Of a DNA stretch of 64,000 nt, positions 48,069 to 57,925 are shown in pieces (the first letter of the stretch is position 1; every line of letters starts with the position of its first letter). The notes beneath the pieces were generated by a model, which made no database searches, was not told the origin of the DNA, and worked only from the letters and a program-made list of their open reading frames with translations. This DNA comes from Rhodothermales bacterium (GTDB lineage Bacteria; Bacteroidota; Rhodothermia; Rhodothermales; UBA10348). Position numbers and translations under genes: made by a program. Location: positions 140,218 to 204,217 of the forward strand of contig JANQQV010000024.1 of the NCBI GenBank assembly GCA_028284865.1, given 5' to 3'.

Positions 48069-50858
48069 ATGTCGAAGGAAATCATCGTTAACAAGGGTAA
48101 ACAGACCCGCATTGCCATCGTTGAGAATGGCGAACTTGCGGAGCTGTTTATCGAGAACCAGGAACACGAACGCACAATCGGCAACATCTTTTTGGGACGC
48201 ATCCGACGCGTCATGCCGAGCATCCAAGCCGCGTTTGTCGACATTGGTCAAAAACAGGACGCCTTTCTCCATTTCTCGGATCTGATCGACAACGTCGAGT
48301 CCTGGCTGGACTTCGTACAGACAGATCAAGCAGAAATCGGCACGTTCAAAGGCGAGTACACCACGAAACCGGCCGGCAAGAAACGCCGTCGTCCGCGTGG
48401 CCAGGATCGAGGAGGTCGCGGAGGAAGCCACAACAATGTGGCCGACAAGCGCAGCAAGGATCGGCGCAAGTCCGCGCATGGTCGTCAGCATGGTTCGCAT
48501 GACTCTCGAGGTCGCGACGACGACGCGCCGGAACAGCCGAAATTCGATCCAACCCAGATCCTGAAGAAGGATCAGCCGATCCTCGTCAAGATCAGCAAGG
48601 AGCCCATCGCCAACAAAGGAAGCCGCATCACCACGGATATTTCCCTGGCTGGTCGATTCCTCGTGCTGGTGCCCATGGCCAACTATGTGGCGGTCTCCAA
48701 GAAGATCATGTCGTTCAAGGAGCGTCGCCGATTACGCGCCTTGGCCCGGAGCCTTCTGCCTGAGGGATTCGGTGTGATTGTCCGCACGGTAGCCGAGGGG
48801 CGTAGCGCAAAAGCGCTCGACACGGATCTCAATCTGCTGGTGGACAAGTGGAAGAAGATGGAGGGCAAGCTGAAGACGAATCCCAAGCCGCCATCCGTCA
48901 TCCACGAGGACGTCAACATGGTCTCTTCGATCATGCGAGACCTGTTCACCGAGGATTACGATCGGATCATCATTGACGATCAGAAACTCTACCGCAACAT
49001 CCGCGGCTACGTTCAGGCCATCGCGCCGGACATGGTCGAAGATGTGCAGCTAGAATCGGATGCTGATTCCGTATTCCAGAAAGTGGGCATCAAAGACTCT
49101 GTGGAAGAAGCTTTCGACGAGCGGGTGAACATGCCGTCGGGCGGCTATCTGTTCTTCGAGCAGACTGAAGCCATGCACGTGGTCGATGTGAACTCCGGTC
49201 GAGCTGGTCGGGGCATGTCCCAGGAGGACAGTTCCCTGAAGGTCAACCTGGAGGCGGCCAAGATCATCTGCAAACAGGTCCGCTTGCGTGACCTGGGCGG
49301 CATCATCGTGGTCGACTTCATCGATATGCGCCACGAGGGCAATCGTCGCAAATTGTACGAGACTCTCAAGAAGGAATTCCGGTCGGATCGTGCCGTTACG
49401 AAAGTCCTGCCAATGAGCGACTTCGGACTGATCCAGATCACCCGGCAGCGTCTGCGTCCAAGCATCACGAAGACGTTTTCGCTTCCGGATGAGCAGGCAC
49501 AGGAAGCTCAGCAGGACAAGCCCGCACGCCGCAAACAGGTCAGGGATCGTTCGATCGAGCCGAGCCACTTGCGCGTCGAGCCGGAAGATCTGCTCCATAA
49601 GATTGAAGAGTGGTTGGGCGAATACCGGGAAGCCGGTCTGTCGGCCCGTGTCCGGTTGAAAGTGCATCCGTTCACGGCTTCGTTCCTGCGTGGCAAATTC
49701 CCCAGCCGCACGTTCCGCTGGCGCCTGAGGTTCGGAGTGCGTGTCGAGATCGACTCCGATCCAAGCGTCGATCCGATGTCGTTCCGTTTCTTCGACGGCA
49801 AGTCAGGAAAGGAAATCTCGCGTCTGCCACGGCGCAAAGACCGCAAGCCTCGTCGCAAACCTGATGATCAGAAGCGCTCGGGATCTGGCTCAAAAGGACA
49901 GGCCGAGGCGGAATCTGACAAGAAGCAGTCGTCCGATGGGCGCCGTTCAGGCGGTGGTCGTTCTGGAAATTCCCGTTCGCGGAATAGCGGATCGAGCCGT
50001 GGAAGTGACACACGACGCGATGGCAACCGTGAAAGAGGCGGCGAAAGAAGTGGCGAAAGAAGCGGCGGCGGAAGGCGGAATCAGGGCCGCAACCAGAGTC
50101 GCGAACAGGGCCGCAGTGATGAGCGCGGTCAGGAGCGGAATGAACGCCGCAGTGAAGGCCGTCGAAGTGGAGGTCGCGCCGATGGTCGCAAAGACGGTCG
50201 CAGAGATTCCCGTGGCGAATCGAGGGGCAGAGATCGCGAAGAACGTCGCGAGACCGGCGGAAGTGAGAATCGCTCGGAGTCGCGCCAGAATCGTCGTTCG
50301 GACAAACAATCTGAAAACCGATCGGCAAAGAACGAAGGACGTCGCACGGACAAACGGCAGGAGAAGCAGGAGGAAGGGCAGGGCTCAACTTCTGGTTCAG
50401 ACGCCCGCTCGGACCGTGGACAGCGCTCTGACAACCGTTCCCGTTCTGGTAACCGCTCGCGCTCAGACGATCGTCGTCGCGACGAGCAGGTCAAAGAGGA
50501 CGTAAAGGTCCAGCGATCGAAAGAAGCTATCTCTGAGACTGAGCCGACTTCGTCACCTGCTGAGCCGACGGTTGTACCTGCGCCAGAAGCAGCTGCATCG
50601 GAAGCCCCGGTCAAGGAGTCTGCAATGGATTCTTCGCCCGAGACCGCGAAACCCGAGACCACGAAGCCTGAGAGCCAGAAACCTGAGACTGCGAAGCCTG
50701 AATCGAAGGGCAAGGACGCGGACAAGGACACCGAGAAAAAGCAGAGCAAAGGGGCAAAATCAGCTGCCTCCGAAAACCAGGGCGACGACAAACCGTCAGA
50801 GGTTATCCCTGCTTCGAATCGCTTCATGAAAATCGACTTGCGCTCGGATAAGGGGTAA
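48069..50858 (+). CDS. rne: Ribonuclease E/G family endoribonuclease with a long disordered C-terminal region
   Basis: 929 aa. S1 domain (GNIFLGRIRRVMPSIQAAFVDIG) split by an Arg-rich insert, DNase-I-like/RNase H-like catalytic core (VVDVNSG, IVVDFIDM), then ~340 aa of R/S/G/E/D-rich sequence. Confidence 0.9.
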   Translation: MSKEIIVNKGKQTRIAIVENGELAELFIENQEHERTIGNIFLGRIRRVMPSIQAAFVDIGQKQDAFLHFSDLIDNVESWLDFVQTDQAEIGTFKGEYTTKPAGKKRRRPRGQDRGGRGGSHNNVADKRSKDRRKSAHGRQHGSHDSRGRDDDAPEQPKFDPTQILKKDQPILVKISKEPIANKGSRITTDISLAGRFLVLVPMANYVAVSKKIMSFKERRRLRALARSLLPEGFGVIVRTVAEGRSAKALDTDLNLLVDKWKKMEGKLKTNPKPPSVIHEDVNMVSSIMRDLFTEDYDRIIIDDQKLYRNIRGYVQAIAPDMVEDVQLESDADSVFQKVGIKDSVEEAFDERVNMPSGGYLFFEQTEAMHVVDVNSGRAGRGMSQEDSSLKVNLEAAKIICKQVRLRDLGGIIVVDFIDMRHEGNRRKLYETLKKEFRSDRAVTKVLPMSDFGLIQITRQRLRPSITKTFSLPDEQAQEAQQDKPARRKQVRDRSIEPSHLRVEPEDLLHKIEEWLGEYREAGLSARVRLKVHPFTASFLRGKFPSRTFRWRLRFGVRVEIDSDPSVDPMSFRFFDGKSGKEISRLPRRKDRKPRRKPDDQKRSGSGSKGQAEAESDKKQSSDGRRSGGGRSGNSRSRNSGSSRGSDTRRDGNRERGGERSGERSGGGRRNQGRNQSREQGRSDERGQERNERRSEGRRSGGRADGRKDGRRDSRGESRGRDREERRETGGSENRSESRQNRRSDKQSENRSAKNEGRRTDKRQEKQEEGQGSTSGSDARSDRGQRSDNRSRSGNRSRSDDRRRDEQVKEDVKVQRSKEAISETEPTSSPAEPTVVPAPEAAASEAPVKESAMDSSPETAKPETTKPESQKPETAKPESKGKDADKDTEKKQSKGAKSAASENQGDDKPSEVIPASNRFMKIDLRSDKG
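50640..50714 (+). repeat. 15-nt tandem repeat (~4.5 copies) in the rne tail
   Basis: gagaccgcgaaaccc / gagaccacgaagcct / gagagccagaaacct / gagactgcgaagcct / gaatcgaagggcaag, encoding the pentapeptide repeats ETAKP-ETTKP-ESQKP-ETAKP-ESKGK. Confidence 0.85.
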
Positions 50859-50884
50859 CCATTTCGAGCGGACTCGAGGACAAT

Positions 50885-51637
50885 GTGATGATCGCTTTTT
50901 CGAAACGGAGCCTGCTGCTCAGTACGATTCTGGCCGTTTTTGCGCTACCCTCTTACGGGCAGTTCAGTTATGGAGGAGGGGCAGAGTCCAGCCGCGCGGT
51001 TGGGGTGATGACCTCGTTCATCGACTTCTCCTTCCAACCTGAATTGGCCCCCGATGTGGCCTTCCAATTCGATGATGCCGCATACGGCGTGTTCTACAGC
51101 CGGGAAGGGTTCCTCGGCCGTTTGATGCGCGGGACGGCAACAGACCCGGATGGCGGAGACATTACGCTGGTCGAGGGCAGTATCGATGCCTGGGCCCCGA
51201 TACGACCCTTCCGCGGCACGGAAGAACCTGCCTTCGATCTGTATTTACCGATTGGACTGCACGGCGACTATCGCAAGATCAGCAAGCAGGACGGAAACGT
51301 GGACGGAACCGTTTTTGAGGTCTCCGTCGTTGCGCTTGGAGCTGGCGTCGGTCTGGGTCTGCCGCTTGCTGGTAGTGCGCTCTCCGTTCGGACACAGCCC
51401 TTTTTCGGTATCGCGTCCAGATCGTTCGGGACGGATTCCGGTACATCGGCGGGATATCTTGTCGATGTGGAATGGTCGCTTCCAGAGATCAGCTCCCGAT
51501 TCGGCGCCTATGTAGGCTGGGGATATCGGTGGCAGCGATGGCTGCTTAGTGCTTCTGCCGTGTTCACCAACGCGGAGTCTGACAACATCGAATACCGCAG
51601 CACCTCGCATGCTTTCCAGGTCGGGCTGACGTTCTGA
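50885..51637 (+). CDS. Hypothetical secreted protein, possibly a small outer-membrane beta-barrel
   Basis: 250 aa, signal peptide MMIAFSKRSLLLSTILAVFALPSYGQ, alternating beta-strand-like pattern, C-terminal aromatic residue (VGLTF). Confidence 0.55.
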   Translation: MMIAFSKRSLLLSTILAVFALPSYGQFSYGGGAESSRAVGVMTSFIDFSFQPELAPDVAFQFDDAAYGVFYSREGFLGRLMRGTATDPDGGDITLVEGSIDAWAPIRPFRGTEEPAFDLYLPIGLHGDYRKISKQDGNVDGTVFEVSVVALGAGVGLGLPLAGSALSVRTQPFFGIASRSFGTDSGTSAGYLVDVEWSLPEISSRFGAYVGWGYRWQRWLLSASAVFTNAESDNIEYRSTSHAFQVGLTF

Positions 51638-51659
51638 TCACGGCGGCCTATTTTCCGGC

Positions 51660-51950
51660 ATGAAGACACCCCAAATCGTCAAGGAATTGGAAGAAGCCGT
51701 CGAGCAGCTGGGAATCCGGGTGCGTCGGGAGAAAGGCAACTTCCGTGGCGGGATGTGTGTGAGGAACGAAGAGGAATTCCTGATGCTCAACAGGGTCCAT
51801 CCACCAGAAGTGCATCTCGCCATTCTGGCCGAGGCCATGCGCGGACTGGATGTCGACTCCGTATACATGAAGCCGCTTGTACGGCAAGCGCTCGAGGATG
51901 CATGGGCACGACGGGACGTCGTGGAGATTCAGACAGAGGATGGAGACTGA
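51660..51950 (+). CDS. Hypothetical small protein (96 aa)
   Basis: Clean ORF with ATG start. Its 3' end overlaps the start of the MBL hydrolase gene by 11 nt. No family recognised. Confidence 0.5.
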   Translation: MKTPQIVKELEEAVEQLGIRVRREKGNFRGGMCVRNEEEFLMLNRVHPPEVHLAILAEAMRGLDVDSVYMKPLVRQALEDAWARRDVVEIQTEDGD

Positions 51951-52755
51951 TTCGCAGGTAGACCCGAACCGGATTCATTGCACGATTCTGGGAACGGGAA
52001 CGTCGACGGGTGTCCCCGTACTGAAGTGCACGTGCCCCATTTGCACGTCGCCTGACCCGAGGGACAAACGACTACGCTGCTCGGTGTTCGTTCAGGTAGG
52101 CGGGGTGAACATCCTCATCGATTCCGGCCCGGATTTCCGTCAGCAGGCATTCCGTGCGGGAATCGAGCATGTCGACGTTGTGCTGATCACGCATCATCAT
52201 TTTGACCACGTGGTCGGGATGGACGATCTGCGGCCGTATCTGTTTGCCAATCGGACGCCCATTCCGATGTTCGCCAACCCCGGATCGGCCGAAGTCCTTA
52301 GGGACATGTTTTCGTACATCTTCCGGGACGGCAGCTACCCGGGTGTGCCGCGACTGGAGATGAACGACGTCCGAGGACCTTTCAGCGTGACATCAAGAAC
52401 GGATCCTGACCGGACCGTACCGATCATCCCGGTGCCAGCTGTTCACGGTTCGCTCGACATCCTGGGTTTTCGGATCGGCAACTTCGCGTACATGACCGAT
52501 GTCAGCGAAATCCCGAACGCCAGCCTCTCACTGCTGCAAGACCTGGATGTGCTGGTGCTTGATGCGCTACGCGACCGGCCGCATCCCATGCACATGACGA
52601 TTGATGAGGCTGTTGGAATGGCCGAGGTCATCGGTGCAAAGCAAACGTACTTCACGCACATGTCCCACGAGATCCTCCATGCGGACTTCGAAGCGCGTCT
52701 GGACGAAGGGATGGCGCCGGCCTACGATGGCCTGACGTTCGAAGCGAGCGTGTAA
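51940..52755 (+). CDS. MBL-fold metallo-hydrolase
   Basis: Start at ATG 51940 (METDSQVDPNRIHCTILGTGTS). HHHFDH metal motif. PhnP/GPMB-like size. Confidence 0.8.
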   Translation: METDSQVDPNRIHCTILGTGTSTGVPVLKCTCPICTSPDPRDKRLRCSVFVQVGGVNILIDSGPDFRQQAFRAGIEHVDVVLITHHHFDHVVGMDDLRPYLFANRTPIPMFANPGSAEVLRDMFSYIFRDGSYPGVPRLEMNDVRGPFSVTSRTDPDRTVPIIPVPAVHGSLDILGFRIGNFAYMTDVSEIPNASLSLLQDLDVLVLDALRDRPHPMHMTIDEAVGMAEVIGAKQTYFTHMSHEILHADFEARLDEGMAPAYDGLTFEASV

Positions 52756-52791
52756 GTATTCGACCCTTTGACTACGACATGACAAAGCGCC

Positions 52792-52823
52792 GCGGCCCCT
52801 GAATCGAAAGATTCAGGGGCCGC
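52792..52823. terminator. GC-rich hairpin between convergent genes (no U-tract)
   Basis: Perfect 14-bp stem GCGGCCCCTGAATC / GATTCAGGGGCCGC with a GAAA loop. Flanks are not T-rich on either strand. Confidence 0.5.
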
Positions 52824-52831
52824 ACAGGTCG

Positions 52832-55681
52832 CTAGTTGTCCGAATGTTCGAAGCCCATCGTCTTGCCCTTCATGACGGCCGGAATACCGTCAGCGAGCCA
52901 AACAGGCGCGGGGGCATCCATCAGGTAGTGATCGAAGAATTGCTGCATGCGTCGCTGCCAGTCGCGGCGATCATCCAGGTCTGACAGACCATGACCAGCG
53001 CCGTTGTAGTTGAGCATCCAGACCGGATTGCCCAATCGACGCAGGGCGACGAAGTACTCGATACCCTGCTCCCACGGCACAGCGCCGTCTTCGTCGTTGT
53101 GCATCATCAGGACGGGCGTCTTGACCTTGTCGGCCTGGAAGAGCGGTGAGTTGTGGATGTAGCGTTGTTGCGCATTCCACAGCGTGCCGCCAATCCGGCT
53201 CTGGGTCTTTTCATACTGGAACATGCGGCTCATGCCCGATGCCCAGCGAATGCCCCCATATGCAGAGGTCATGTTCGAGACTGGAGCACCGGCTTCTGCA
53301 GCCGCAAACAGATCGGTCTGCGTGACCATGTACGCGATCTGATAGCCGCCCCAGCTATGGCCCTGAACACCAATGCGATCACGATCCACGAAGCCCTGGT
53401 CAATCAGTGACGTGATGCCGGGCATGATGGCGTTCATGGCGCTTTCGCCCGGATAGCCCGTCTTGTACGGGATATCGGGTACGAAAATGACATACCCACG
53501 GCTGGTGTAGAACGTGTAGTTGATGCTGGATCCACCCGTTGAAGGCGCGATATGGCGGTGCAGGCCACGCGAGCTCTTTTCGTAGAAGTAGACCATCATT
53601 GGGTACTCCATCGACGGATCGAAGCCTTCCGGGGTGTAGAGGATGCCTTTCAGACGATCCCCATCCAGGGACGTCCATTCCACCAGCTGGTTGGATCCCC
53701 AGTTGAAGTCTGCCTGCTGCGGATTCAACCAGGAAAGGCGGACCGGATCGTCGAACTCGAGGTCTGTAATGTGAAGATCGCTTGCCTCGGTGTAGGACTC
53801 ACGGCTGAACAGCACCGCATCGGCATCCTCGGCTTTTGCTTGGATGCGATAGGAGTGTGCTGACATCACGACCGGCTCGGCATCACCATCTTTTGGATCT
53901 ACTTCCCAGAAGCCTCCGTCCATGGTGTCGAGATTGAGCGCGCGCAGCATCCAGTCGTCGTCAGTGGGGAGCGCAGGCTCGTCGAAGTCGAGTACCTGCA
54001 CGCGCAACTCTACCCCGGCCTTGCGACCGGCGCGTTCGGTGACATTGCGCAGCGACCCATCAGGAGAAGCGGCCCAGACATCGTACTTGTCATAAATGAC
54101 GAATTCCTCGTCGCCCTCCGTCCATCCGGCCGTGCCGTAACTGGATGGGTCATACGCGCGATCGTCAAGCGCATTGACGAACGAGGCATCCACGCCTTCG
54201 GTTACGTTGTGCATGTCGCCGCTTTCGACGTCCATCATCATCCAGTGACCGATGTCGCGAGCCCACCAGGTCACGTATCCACCATCGGGCGAGAGCCGGG
54301 GTGAATCGCGGACGCCTTCCAGGACCATCGTCCGATCACCAGTCGTGACATCCACGATCCAGGCATCCTGCCGGGTTGGCCAATCCCACGAAATCTCCTG
54401 CTGGTAAGGCATGTTGGTGACGCCAATGGCTACATCGCCATCGCCCTCACCAGCCACCGATACCGTCTGAATATGCTTGTCGGCCAACTGCACGATGGTG
54501 CCGCCATCCAGATGCACAACGGCGCGATAGGTCCGGTTACGCTCCTGATTCACGCGCACGAGCTGCATCGGCTGAAGGAGCGGATCCTTCCAGTTCCACA
54601 CATCAACGACCACTTTCTCTTCGTCCAGGATGTCGTCATCCTCCGGCTCGGGCTCCGGACGGAGCGCCGTACCAAAGAACAGACGCTCACCGCTGTCCGA
54701 GAAAGAAAGATTGCCGTTTTCGCTGACCCACCATCCGTCGGGAATGCCGGCGTCGCCTTCGGCGGCGACGGCTTCGACGCCGCTACCATCGCCAGCGAAC
54801 AGGGTGAATGCCGGTTCATCGGCTTCGAAGTCGTCCCTATTGGTCATAAATGCGAGCTGGCCGCCGTCCTCACTCAGGGCAAGTTTGACGTAGTTGCCAA
54901 CGCCAGACGCCAGGGTCGATTCAGCCAAGGCGTTCCCTGATACCTGGTACACACCATCGTCCTCACCGTCTTCGCTTTCGCGGAAGAATGTCAGGTGGTC
55001 TCCATTGGGCGAGACGCGCGCATCAGTCACATTCATGACGGTAACCGACGCATTGGTACCCAGTCGATGAATGGTCATCGCTACGCCTTCTTTCTTGTCG
55101 GGCGTGTCTTCCGCTTCGTCCGCTTCTTCTTCCTCTTCAGATTCTGCCTCCTCCGATTCGGGTTCTTCGACTTCGGTCGAATCAGCTTTGGTCAGTTCCT
55201 CGGACGCATCCTTGGTCCATTTCCACCAGGCCAAAGCGCCGTCCTCATCCGAAACACCGAATGACTGGATGTCAGCATGCCTGATAACCGAACCATCGGC
55301 CAGCGACAGGATCCCGAGGGAGTCGGCAGGCATGTCCTTTTTCGGGACGTCGTCGAGCTTCATCTGGCGAACGGAATCGGCCTGAGGGACGATTCGGAAC
55401 AGCACGAATCGATTGTTGCCACTGAAGACGGGGTCTTGTCCGCGAGGAATGGACCATGATTCGTCTCCATCCGCCGAGGTGACCTTCAAGTGACCATCGC
55501 CCCGATCGGGCGCCTCGGTCCACGCGACCCATTCTCCATCGCGCGACAATTCAACATCGCTCATCCGGATCCACTGGTAGACATCTTCGTGCTCCAGGGC
55601 ACGCTTGTCTTGGGCGTTAGCGTTCCAGGGGGTGGCAATGAGGACAAGGAGGGCAATCAGGGGTGTAAATCTGAGGCGCAT
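52832..55681 (-). CDS. S9-family serine peptidase (prolyl oligopeptidase/dipeptidyl peptidase-like)
   Basis: C-terminal alpha/beta hydrolase domain with nucleophile elbow GHSWGG and downstream D/H. N-terminal beta-propeller-like region with an acidic insert (EEPESEEAESEEEEEADEAED). Start set at the signal-peptide Met (MRLRFTPLIALLVLIA); alternatives are 55693 and 55744. Confidence 0.85.
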   Translation of the reverse strand: MRLRFTPLIALLVLIATPWNANAQDKRALEHEDVYQWIRMSDVELSRDGEWVAWTEAPDRGDGHLKVTSADGDESWSIPRGQDPVFSGNNRFVLFRIVPQADSVRQMKLDDVPKKDMPADSLGILSLADGSVIRHADIQSFGVSDEDGALAWWKWTKDASEELTKADSTEVEEPESEEAESEEEEEADEAEDTPDKKEGVAMTIHRLGTNASVTVMNVTDARVSPNGDHLTFFRESEDGEDDGVYQVSGNALAESTLASGVGNYVKLALSEDGGQLAFMTNRDDFEADEPAFTLFAGDGSGVEAVAAEGDAGIPDGWWVSENGNLSFSDSGERLFFGTALRPEPEPEDDDILDEEKVVVDVWNWKDPLLQPMQLVRVNQERNRTYRAVVHLDGGTIVQLADKHIQTVSVAGEGDGDVAIGVTNMPYQQEISWDWPTRQDAWIVDVTTGDRTMVLEGVRDSPRLSPDGGYVTWWARDIGHWMMMDVESGDMHNVTEGVDASFVNALDDRAYDPSSYGTAGWTEGDEEFVIYDKYDVWAASPDGSLRNVTERAGRKAGVELRVQVLDFDEPALPTDDDWMLRALNLDTMDGGFWEVDPKDGDAEPVVMSAHSYRIQAKAEDADAVLFSRESYTEASDLHITDLEFDDPVRLSWLNPQQADFNWGSNQLVEWTSLDGDRLKGILYTPEGFDPSMEYPMMVYFYEKSSRGLHRHIAPSTGGSSINYTFYTSRGYVIFVPDIPYKTGYPGESAMNAIMPGITSLIDQGFVDRDRIGVQGHSWGGYQIAYMVTQTDLFAAAEAGAPVSNMTSAYGGIRWASGMSRMFQYEKTQSRIGGTLWNAQQRYIHNSPLFQADKVKTPVLMMHNDEDGAVPWEQGIEYFVALRRLGNPVWMLNYNGAGHGLSDLDDRRDWQRRMQQFFDHYLMDAPAPVWLADGIPAVMKGKTMGFEHSDN

Positions 55682-55786
55682 CGGGACGGGCATTCGTTGG
55701 GAAGTGGAGAGAGTGACCGGCATTTTAATACATTTGCGTATCACCCGCGAACCTGGGCAGCCCGCTGTTCCAATCCACCCGCCCCC

Positions 55787-56647
55787 ATGAAAGCCTTGAA
55801 ATGGATCGTCGGAACGCTGGTCGTTCTGATCGTTGCTGTGCTCGCCCTGGCATTCGTCATGATGAACCAGGGATTCAATCGTTTTGACCAGGACTGGTCA
55901 CCAGATGTCGAAATGGTCTCGATCACTGATGACCCCATGGCCATCGAGCTGGGTCGATTCATCTCCGAATCCCACGGCTGCCAGGGATGCCACATGGGAG
56001 ACTACAGCGGTCAGGTCATGGCAGACGCCCCGCCATTCCTCATGGTTGCGCCCAACCTCACACCTGGGGAAGGTGGTGTCGGCGCCACGTATTCCGATGA
56101 GGATTGGGTCCGAGCCATTCGCCACGGTGTCCGGCCTGACGGAAGGGGTTTGATGATCATGCCTTCCGAGGCCTACTACTATCTGAGCGATGAGGAGACG
56201 GCGGCTTTGGTTTCCTACCTGAAGTCATTGGACCCGGTCGACAATCCGTTGCCCGAATTCGAACTGCGACCCCTCGGTCAATTCATCATGGGCGTTGACA
56301 AAGCGATGGCCACGGCCCCGGAGTTGATGCCGGACCGCGAACGCGTAACCGGAGCAATTCGCGGCGTCTCGGCCGAGTGGGGTCACTATCGGGCCAGCGT
56401 AATGTGCATGGTATGTCACGGTGGCAACCTTCAGGGTGGCCAGCCTCCAAACCCTGATTCCCCGTTTGCACCGGATCTCCGCGTCGTGCCGGGCTGGGGA
56501 CTGGATGGCTTCAGGGAGTACTTCGAGACAGGAGCCAATCCAAGTGGTCGGGCGAGCGACGCCGAGTTCATGCCGTGGGACAAGTTCGCTCACCTTGGCG
56601 ACGACGAAATCGAGGCCCTGTATCTCTACCTCGAGACGATCGACTGA
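55787..56647 (+). CDS. Membrane-anchored dihaem c-type cytochrome
   Basis: Start at ATG 55787 (MKALKWIVGTLVVLIVAVLALAF). Two CxxCH motifs (CQGCH, CMVCH). Confidence 0.8.
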   Translation: MKALKWIVGTLVVLIVAVLALAFVMMNQGFNRFDQDWSPDVEMVSITDDPMAIELGRFISESHGCQGCHMGDYSGQVMADAPPFLMVAPNLTPGEGGVGATYSDEDWVRAIRHGVRPDGRGLMIMPSEAYYYLSDEETAALVSYLKSLDPVDNPLPEFELRPLGQFIMGVDKAMATAPELMPDRERVTGAIRGVSAEWGHYRASVMCMVCHGGNLQGGQPPNPDSPFAPDLRVVPGWGLDGFREYFETGANPSGRASDAEFMPWDKFAHLGDDEIEALYLYLETID

Positions 56648-56665
56648 GCCGGACGAACCGCCACG

Positions 56666-56989
56666 CTATTCGATAACCGTGACCTCTGTAATCCAGTTGG
56701 AGACGCCATCGGTCGCGACCGTGAAATGGATGGAGTCTCCGACTTCGACGGCTTCGCGGATATCAGCGCTCCGGAATTCGAACGGCATGGTCATGGCAGA
56801 CATGAATCCCTCGACATCTCCGTGAGCAACCTGGATCAGGCGTGCATTTTCGAGGATGCGAACGATGCGACCCTCGACCTGGTGCTCTTCGATATCAGTA
56901 GTGTCTGGGATCGGGGCCTCTGGCGTGTCATTGGCACACCCGGTCAGGATAATCGAGAGGAGCACAAGCGGTAAGAATGCGTGCTTCAT
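56666..56989 (-). CDS. CusF-like copper-binding lipoprotein
   Basis: Start at MKHAFLPLVLLSIILTGC (lipobox). HGDVEGFMSAMTMPF matches the CusF-type H...M.M metal site. Confidence 0.7.
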   Translation of the reverse strand: MKHAFLPLVLLSIILTGCANDTPEAPIPDTTDIEEHQVEGRIVRILENARLIQVAHGDVEGFMSAMTMPFEFRSADIREAVEVGDSIHFTVATDGVSNWITEVTVIE

Positions 56990-56990
56990 G

Positions 56991-57803
56991 CTAGAGCAGT
57001 GATTTAACGGCTCCACCATCGACAACCAGGGCAACGCCGGTAATGAATCCGGCGCGCGGACTCAACAGGAACGTGGATGCCGCGGCGAATTCATCTTCGG
57101 TACCGATGCGCTTGAGGGCGCTGTTCGCAGCCCACCCCGCTTCGATCTCTTCGATGGGCTGCCCCGTGCGTTCGTTCAGCGATTCACTCAGGTGACTCAG
57201 GCGGTCCGTTTTCGTGTATCCAGGCAGGATGGTGTTGACGGTGATTCCTTCGGCGCCCACTTCTTCCGAGAGGCTCTTGGCAAATCCCTGTACGCCGGCG
57301 CGAGCGACATTCGACAGATAGAGCGAAGGAATCGGTTGCTTGGCGGAAAGAGATGTGATCATCAGAATCGATGCGTGCTCACCGGCTGTGGTCGCCTTGC
57401 GCAGATGGGGGAGCGCTGCTCTCGACAGGTTGATCGTGCTCATCAGGTTTAACTCAAGGGCGCTGCGCCAGGCATCGGCGGTGATGTCGTCGATCTGTCC
57501 CGTGGGAGGTCCCCCGGCATTGGTCACCAGGAGATTGACGCTGCCGAATCTCGAGGCGGTCTCCTCGAGGGCTCCTGCAATGTCGTCTTCATTGGTGACG
57601 TCGCAGGTGAGGGCAGCAACATGATCAGAGCTGCATCCGGTTTGATCAATCAACCAATCCTTGGCGGCATTGATGCGCTCGCGATTACGCGAGCAGATTG
57701 CGACCCGACATCCTTCCATCAGCAGTTGACGTGCAATGGCACGTCCCAATCCGCTGCTCGCTCCTGCGACGAACGCGACCGAGTCGCTCAATCGTAAATC
57801 CAT
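56991..57803 (-). CDS. SDR-family oxidoreductase
   Basis: 270 aa, cofactor motif GASSGLG, NAG, and the LSAKQPIPSLYLSNVARAG region in the place of the YxxxK site. Confidence 0.8.
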   Translation of the reverse strand: MDLRLSDSVAFVAGASSGLGRAIARQLLMEGCRVAICSRNRERINAAKDWLIDQTGCSSDHVAALTCDVTNEDDIAGALEETASRFGSVNLLVTNAGGPPTGQIDDITADAWRSALELNLMSTINLSRAALPHLRKATTAGEHASILMITSLSAKQPIPSLYLSNVARAGVQGFAKSLSEEVGAEGITVNTILPGYTKTDRLSHLSESLNERTGQPIEEIEAGWAANSALKRIGTEDEFAAASTFLLSPRAGFITGVALVVDGGAVKSLL

Positions 57804-57925
57804 CCAAAAACCCCCTGAAATGCTGTTCTTTGTCGTTTATTCGTTTGTCTTCAGCATGCGTTCCCCGCATTATTGAGCTTTCTCGGGACCCATCCTCCCG
57901 CCTCATCCAATAACCGGAAAGCAGT

